This document shows positions 14,800 to 19,450 of a DNA stretch of 19,450 nucleotides, one piece after another. The translations under genes and the position numbers were made by a program. The first letter of the stretch is position 1. The number at the start of each line of letters is the position of its first letter. Under the pieces are notes generated by a model. The model saw only the letters and a list, made by a program, of their open reading frames with translations, was not told the DNA's origin and ran no database searches. This stretch comes from Polyangiales bacterium (GTDB taxonomy: Bacteria > Myxococcota_A > Polyangia > Polyangiales > Houyiibacteriaceae), in NCBI GenBank assembly GCA_045106895.1, contig JBGCFM010000127.1, positions 1 to 19,450 on the forward strand. Reading direction: 5' to 3'.

Positions 14800-16948
14800 A
14801 CGCCACGAGGCGAAGCATCGCTGGCAAGAGCGTAAGCTCCGCGACAACGCTGCAGACGAGGGCGACGCTGGCGAGCTCCGCGAACTGGCGTAGCGGCTGA
14901 AGTGAGCTGAAGAAGAGCGCGGCGAAGCCTACGAAGAGAACAGCGCCGCCGAGGACCACGGCTGGCCCCGCACCGCGAAACGTGGCCTCGAGGTTCTTCG
15001 ACTCTTCGCGGTAGCGCGCCAGCACGTGCAGGGTTCCGTCGACGACGAGTCCAAGGGTGACGGCGAAAACCATCGCCGTGCCCACGTCGAGAGGCAGATT
15101 CCGCATGCCCATCCAGCCCACGATGCAGGCCATGGGCAACGCGTTCGCGGGGAGCGCCGCCAACGCCAAGCGAGGCCCGAAGAGGAAAAGGATGATGACG
15201 AAGACGCCGGCAAATGCGAGACCAAAAGACGTGATGAGGTCCGTTTGCAGAGACGAGAGCCCAGCGCCGGCGTGCCACGCCTCGCCGCTGAGGGCGTCGG
15301 CGCCGTGCTCTCGGGCCGCGATTCCGAGAGCGCGCATTTCATCCGCCGGCGCGTCGCGAAGGTCGAGTTGAACGCGAAGAGCTCCGGCGGAGATGAGCCC
15401 TTCCGTCGATGCACCAAGCAACGCGGCCAGGGGTTCGTTCGCCGCGGCTGGGCGCGGCTCATCGCTGAGCTCCGTCCACGCTCGGTTCATCAAGCTGCTC
15501 AACGAACGAACGCCGGACACGTTCGGCTGGGAGCGCGCCCAATCTCCGAGTGCGTCCGCGCGCGCGAGCGTGTCCGCAGCCAGGGGCTCACCACGGACCA
15601 AGCACTCCATCTGTCGAACGCCGCCGAAGTCCGAGTCGACGAGGCGCGCCGTCTGAGCGAGGGGCTCGTCCTGGCCGAAGGGCGAGAGCAACCGGGTGCC
15701 TTCTTCGAGCTGAAACGCGCCAAAGGCGCACGCCGCCGTCACCACGGCGGCCACAAGAAGGACAAGCTTGGGGCGCGCCGCACACCAGAGAGCCACCTTC
15801 GCGTGAACCTCGCCACGAAAGCGCCGGCCACTCCAGGAAGACCGACCGAGGAGAGCTGGCAGCCCCTGAACGACGACGAGGAATGCGACGAAGACCCCGG
15901 CCGCACACATGAAGCCAAACGTTTGCAGCGCGGGCGTGCTCGCCGAGGCGAGGGAGCCAAAGCCGATGGCCGTCGTCAGCGTCGTCGCAAGGCAAGCGCG
16001 CCACATCACGCGCCGCGTTCGTGTTGCCGCGTTCGTCGCGTCCGCCGCGCGCTCTTCGGCGTATCGCGCCATCAGATGCAGTGCGTCTCCAACGCAGATG
16101 GTCAGCAGCACCGGCGGGAGAATCGCCGTGAGCAGCGTGAGTCGCCCCGTCCACCAACCCAGCGCACCCATCGTCAAAAGGAGCGTCACGCCGGCGGCGA
16201 GCATCGGGAGGCTCACGGCGGTGAGGCTGCGAAACGCGAGGCCCAGGAGCAAGACCGTGAGCAAGAGCGCGACGCCGATGAGGAGGACACCTTCGCTTTG
16301 CATCCCCGACTCGATGCGATGTTGAAGCAGCGCGATGCCAGTCACCTGGGCGTCGTGTTCGGCGGCGAGGGCATAGGCGTCGTCGATGGAGATCGCGTCG
16401 ACGAGCACGAGGGCTCGCGTGTGAGCACGGTTGATGAGGCGCCCCTCCACGCGCGCCGCGGCGGCGACGAGGCTGTCGCGTTGCTCGTCGTTTAGCTCCG
16501 GCGTGTCGGCGATGGGCCCCACCGCAAGCTCGCCGCCGAAGCGCTCTCCAAGGTCCACAAGTCCGTTCGGAAACACCCGCGGCGCGGACTCGAGGAGCGA
16601 GAGCGTAGCGTCGAGATCTCCCTCACCGCTGTCCGGGAGGGCAATATGCGGGAGCGGCAGGTGCGTGAGGGAAACCACGGTGCCATGCGCCGACGCAGCG
16701 AGGGAAAGAGCGTGAATCCGGGCGAGGCCGTCTTCATCGAGGATGTTCTCGGATTCGAGGACGAAAGCCGCGGGCTCCGCGGCGGGCCCGAAGAGCGCCT
16801 CGAACTCGCGGGCCTCCTCCAGCACCGACGAATCTAGATCCAAGAGCGCTTTCGGGTCGAAATGAGGCTCAAGGCGCAGGATGCCCAGCGCGGCGAATAT
16901 TCCGCAAACGAGGGCAATCGACAGGCCGAGGAGGGTCTTCTTCGTCAC
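14765..16948 (-). CDS. MMPL/RND-superfamily transporter (putative lipid exporter)
   Basis: Two repeats of TM + periplasmic domain + five TMs. Motifs LTICVGDALHL, ATTLTTAIGFGSL, LGLVVDGTLHVL, GFAALFFS and LTLLPAML. GTG start. Confidence 0.92.
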   Translation of the reverse strand: MTKKTLLGLSIALVCGIFAALGILRLEPHFDPKALLDLDSSVLEEAREFEALFGPAAEPAAFVLESENILDEDGLARIHALSLAASAHGTVVSLTHLPLPHIALPDSGEGDLDATLSLLESAPRVFPNGLVDLGERFGGELAVGPIADTPELNDEQRDSLVAAAARVEGRLINRAHTRALVLVDAISIDDAYALAAEHDAQVTGIALLQHRIESGMQSEGVLLIGVALLLTVLLLGLAFRSLTAVSLPMLAAGVTLLLTMGALGWWTGRLTLLTAILPPVLLTICVGDALHLMARYAEERAADATNAATRTRRVMWRACLATTLTTAIGFGSLASASTPALQTFGFMCAAGVFVAFLVVVQGLPALLGRSSWSGRRFRGEVHAKVALWCAARPKLVLLVAAVVTAACAFGAFQLEEGTRLLSPFGQDEPLAQTARLVDSDFGGVRQMECLVRGEPLAADTLARADALGDWARSQPNVSGVRSLSSLMNRAWTELSDEPRPAAANEPLAALLGASTEGLISAGALRVQLDLRDAPADEMRALGIAAREHGADALSGEAWHAGAGLSSLQTDLITSFGLAFAGVFVIILFLFGPRLALAALPANALPMACIVGWMGMRNLPLDVGTAMVFAVTLGLVVDGTLHVLARYREESKNLEATFRGAGPAVVLGGAVLFVGFAALFFSSLQPLRQFAELASVALVCSVVAELTLLPAMLRLVASTARRGRSEAC

Positions 16949-16997
16949 AGAGGAAAAGTCGCGCTATGGTCCCGCCGTCTAGGAAGGGATTACGAGC

Positions 16998-17510
16998 ATG
17001 AGTGAAAAGCGTTTCGAGTCGTTTGAGGAGTTTTGGCCGTTCTACCTCTCTGAGCACCAGAACGCGACCTCACGTCGTCTGCACTTCCTTGGGACCGGCG
17101 GCTTCTTGGCCGCCACCGCTGCCAGCGCGGTCATGAACCCCGTGGGCTTCGGCGCTGCGATGGCCGGCTTTGGACTCGTCATGCGTGACGCGATGAAGGC
17201 CGAAGAAAAGGGCCCCGCTTTTAAGCACGTTGCCGCCATGGTCGCGATGCCAACGGCCGCGTCTCCTGTTCTTTTCCCCGCCGGAATCGTCTGGGCCTAT
17301 GGCTGCGCTTGGGTCGGTCACTTCCTCATCGAGAACAACCGACCCGCCACGTTCAAGCAGCCCGTGTGGTCGCTCTTCGCGGACATGCGCATGTTCAAGG
17401 CCATGGCCTCGGGCAAGCTCTGGAGCGGCACCAACCCGCGTGAGCAAATGGGCTTCGACGTGAGCGACGTAAACGTCCGCGACGTGCCTGAAGTCCGCGT
17501 CTACTCGTAG
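16998..17510 (+). CDS. DUF962 / Mpo1-like membrane protein
   Basis: SFEEFWPFYLSEH..RRLHFLGT and YGCAWVGHFLIENNRPATFKQPVWSLFADMRM, with the His/His/His-Glu set typical of DUF962. RBS GGAAGG. Confidence 0.9.
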   Translation: MSEKRFESFEEFWPFYLSEHQNATSRRLHFLGTGGFLAATAASAVMNPVGFGAAMAGFGLVMRDAMKAEEKGPAFKHVAAMVAMPTAASPVLFPAGIVWAYGCAWVGHFLIENNRPATFKQPVWSLFADMRMFKAMASGKLWSGTNPREQMGFDVSDVNVRDVPEVRVYS

Positions 17511-18499
17511 TTCGACTCATGGCTCGACGCCTCAGCGGCTCGCTTCTTTGCGAGTTGGAGCGTGAGCACATCCGAGACATCCTCGTCGCCTGCCGCGGCG
17601 AGGATTTCTTGTTCCCACTCGGCGTCGAGTGTTGGGCTCACCTTCGCCGTGCTTCGTGACCGGAGCCAGCTCTCTTTGTGCAGCCACATGAGCTTTTCGT
17701 TGAGCTCCTTTCGGCTCCGCGGCGACAAGTTTGGCGACGTGAAGGCTCTCTCATACGAGCGCAGAAACTGAGCCCGGGCCTCGAGGTCATGGCCCACGGG
17801 CATCGTGGTGCACTGCCAGAGGGTGATGAGCCTCGGCGCGACGCCTTCGGCGGCGGCGGCGGAGAGACGGTCGTGTCCGTCGAGGACGACGTGCGAATCT
17901 AGGGCGGACACCCACCACAGCAGAACGGGTGGCAGTGTGCCGTCGCGCGCGTGTTTTCGCCACGACTTGATTCGGCCTGAGTCTTCGGGACTCGGGTCAC
18001 GAAGCGGGAGCACGTCGGCGCCGCCCATCATCCAATGTTCGTAATGTACGCGCGGCGTGTCCATCGCATCGAGGGCCCCGTAGGCAGGGCCTGGGCAGCC
18101 TTCCTCGCCATTCGAGAAGAAGATGTCCAACACCTTCGAACGAGCGCGATCTCGCAGTGAAGTCGGCTCCGCCTGTCGCATCGAGCTCAGCCGCCACTCT
18201 CCCTGGTTGAGAGGACTCGTCCCGTTCTGCAGCTCCGTCGCGAACCAGCGCATCCACGCTTCCATGCTGCGGCCGTCGCGTGCCTCGGCCGCGCGGATCG
18301 GCCGGGCGACGGAGAGCTGCCTCGCTTTCGCACGCACCACCCAAACGCCAGCCCACTGTCGGTCCATGCGCGCCCAAAAGAGCGGCTCGCCATCCGCCGT
18401 CATTCGCATGCGCATGGAATGCGCGGTCTCCAGGCGAAGCGTCGGCTTCGATGTCTCCACGTCCAAACGAAGCCCACCTGGGATGTTCGCGATGTTCAT
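17501..18499 (-). CDS. Uncharacterised protein with ParB/sulfiredoxin-like LDGHDRL motif (paralogue 1)
   Basis: GRIKSWRKHARDGTLPPVLLWWVSALDSHVVLDGHDRLSAA. Collinear similarity with the adjacent gene. Start ATG 18499 follows TACTCT-N6. Confidence 0.85.
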   Translation of the reverse strand: MNIANIPGGLRLDVETSKPTLRLETAHSMRMRMTADGEPLFWARMDRQWAGVWVVRAKARQLSVARPIRAAEARDGRSMEAWMRWFATELQNGTSPLNQGEWRLSSMRQAEPTSLRDRARSKVLDIFFSNGEEGCPGPAYGALDAMDTPRVHYEHWMMGGADVLPLRDPSPEDSGRIKSWRKHARDGTLPPVLLWWVSALDSHVVLDGHDRLSAAAAEGVAPRLITLWQCTTMPVGHDLEARAQFLRSYERAFTSPNLSPRSRKELNEKLMWLHKESWLRSRSTAKVSPTLDAEWEQEILAAAGDEDVSDVLTLQLAKKRAAEASSHESNYE

Positions 18500-18534
18500 G
18501 CGGAGAGAGTAACGCAAGCGAAGCGGGCCCGTTG

Positions 18535-19449
18535 CTAGTCGTCGCGGAGCATGTCTTCGAGGTCGTCTGAATCCGCGGGGGCTAGCGCGCGAACTTCGGC
18601 GTCCCAGGTTTCGTCCAGGGCGGGGTTTGCCTTGGCGCGGGTGATGCGTCTGCGGCTTATGTCTCGATACTTCGCAATGAGCTTCGCGTTGAGCTGCCTG
18701 CGCGCCATGAGCTCGACGTTGGGGTTGTCGAAGAGCTGCAGGTAGTTCTCGACGAAGTGCGCCTGCGCTTTGTCGTCGACGTCCACGGGCTCGTCGATGG
18801 ACTGCCAGAGCGTGAGCACTTTGGGTGTCACGCCGGCTTCAAGAGCTGCCGTGAGGCGGTCGTGTCCATCGAGGATCAAGTGCGCGTCGAGTGCGCCTAC
18901 CCACCAGAGCAGGATTGGCGGAAGCGTTTCGTCGCGCGCGTGTTTGAGCCACGATTTCACACGGCCGGCGTCGCTCGGGCTTCGTCGACGAAGAGGGATG
19001 ACGCCCGCGGACCCATTGCTGCCCCAGTCCTCATACGTGATGAGGGCGCGATCCAGGGAACTGAACAGATCGAACGCCGGACCCGGCAGGCCGTCGCCGT
19101 GTTGGGGAACCAAGAGGTCGCTCCAAATCGACGAGGGCTTCGGGACAAGCTCCGTCAGGTGCCAGGTGCCCACGCCAAGAGGGCTCGCGTCGCTCGCCAA
19201 TAGCTCCTGCGCAAACCAGCGCATCCAGGCTTCGATGTCGCGCAGCGCCCGTGCTTCGTCGGCACGAATCGCACGGACGACGGCGGGCTTTGTCTCCCCG
19301 CGCAGCGCCCAGACGCCGTAATAGCCGTTTTCGATGCGCGCCCAAAACACAGGCTCGCCGCCTGCGACCAGACGCAAGCGGCGAGAACGGGAAGACTCGA
19401 GTCGAAGCCCGGGCTGTGTCGTCGCCTCCACCTGAATGGAGAGTCCCGC
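18535..19449 (-). CDS. Uncharacterised protein with ParB/sulfiredoxin-like LDGHDRL motif (paralogue 2, 5' end outside the window)
   Basis: GRVKSWLKHARDETLPPILLWWVGALDAHLILDGHDRLTAA. The frame stays open past GTG 19431 to the edge and reads AGLSIQVEATTQPGLRLE, which aligns with GGLRLDVETSKPTLRLE of paralogue 1, so the true start lies beyond 19450. Confidence 0.85.
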   Translation of the reverse strand, partial: AGLSIQVEATTQPGLRLESSRSRRLRLVAGGEPVFWARIENGYYGVWALRGETKPAVVRAIRADEARALRDIEAWMRWFAQELLASDASPLGVGTWHLTELVPKPSSIWSDLLVPQHGDGLPGPAFDLFSSLDRALITYEDWGSNGSAGVIPLRRRSPSDAGRVKSWLKHARDETLPPILLWWVGALDAHLILDGHDRLTAALEAGVTPKVLTLWQSIDEPVDVDDKAQAHFVENYLQLFDNPNVELMARRQLNAKLIAKYRDISRRRITRAKANPALDETWDAEVRALAPADSDDLEDMLRDD

Positions 19450-19450
19450 C

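Overview
High-GC chromosomal window, most likely from a myxobacterium (Myxococcota; inferred from DAG-rich lipoprotein linkers, E-x-C-x-G-x-DDDCD repeats, sigma54 promoters and Gly-rich linker motifs). It holds about 14 real CDSs. In order: a single-chain class II (B12-dependent) ribonucleotide reductase nrdJ with a terminator, behind a ~1 kb structured non-coding region carrying a good NrdR box; an Rrf2 repressor plus SDR oxidoreductase, each preceded by a TGTAA-N9-TTACA-type operator; two secreted or lipoprotein genes behind sigma54-like promoters; an aldehyde dehydrogenase (eukaryote-like ALDH22/Msc7 type), GMC oxidoreductase and lipoprotein on the minus strand; a large Cys-rich/beta-helix lipoprotein; a STAS/SEC14-like protein; an MMPL/RND transporter divergent from a DUF962/Mpo1-like gene; and two tandem paralogues of an uncharacterised family with a ParB/sulfiredoxin-like DGHDR motif, the second cut by the window edge. 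I see no rRNA, tRNA, CRISPR, transposase or intein. The best leads are the tandem DGHDR proteins, the long nrdJ upstream region, the repeat array and codon shift at the nrdJ 3' end, the Rrf2 mini-regulon, the ALDH22-like/GMC pair, and a recurring leaderless promoter layout (TANNNT-N5/6-start) in five genes. All family calls come from motif recognition, not database searches.
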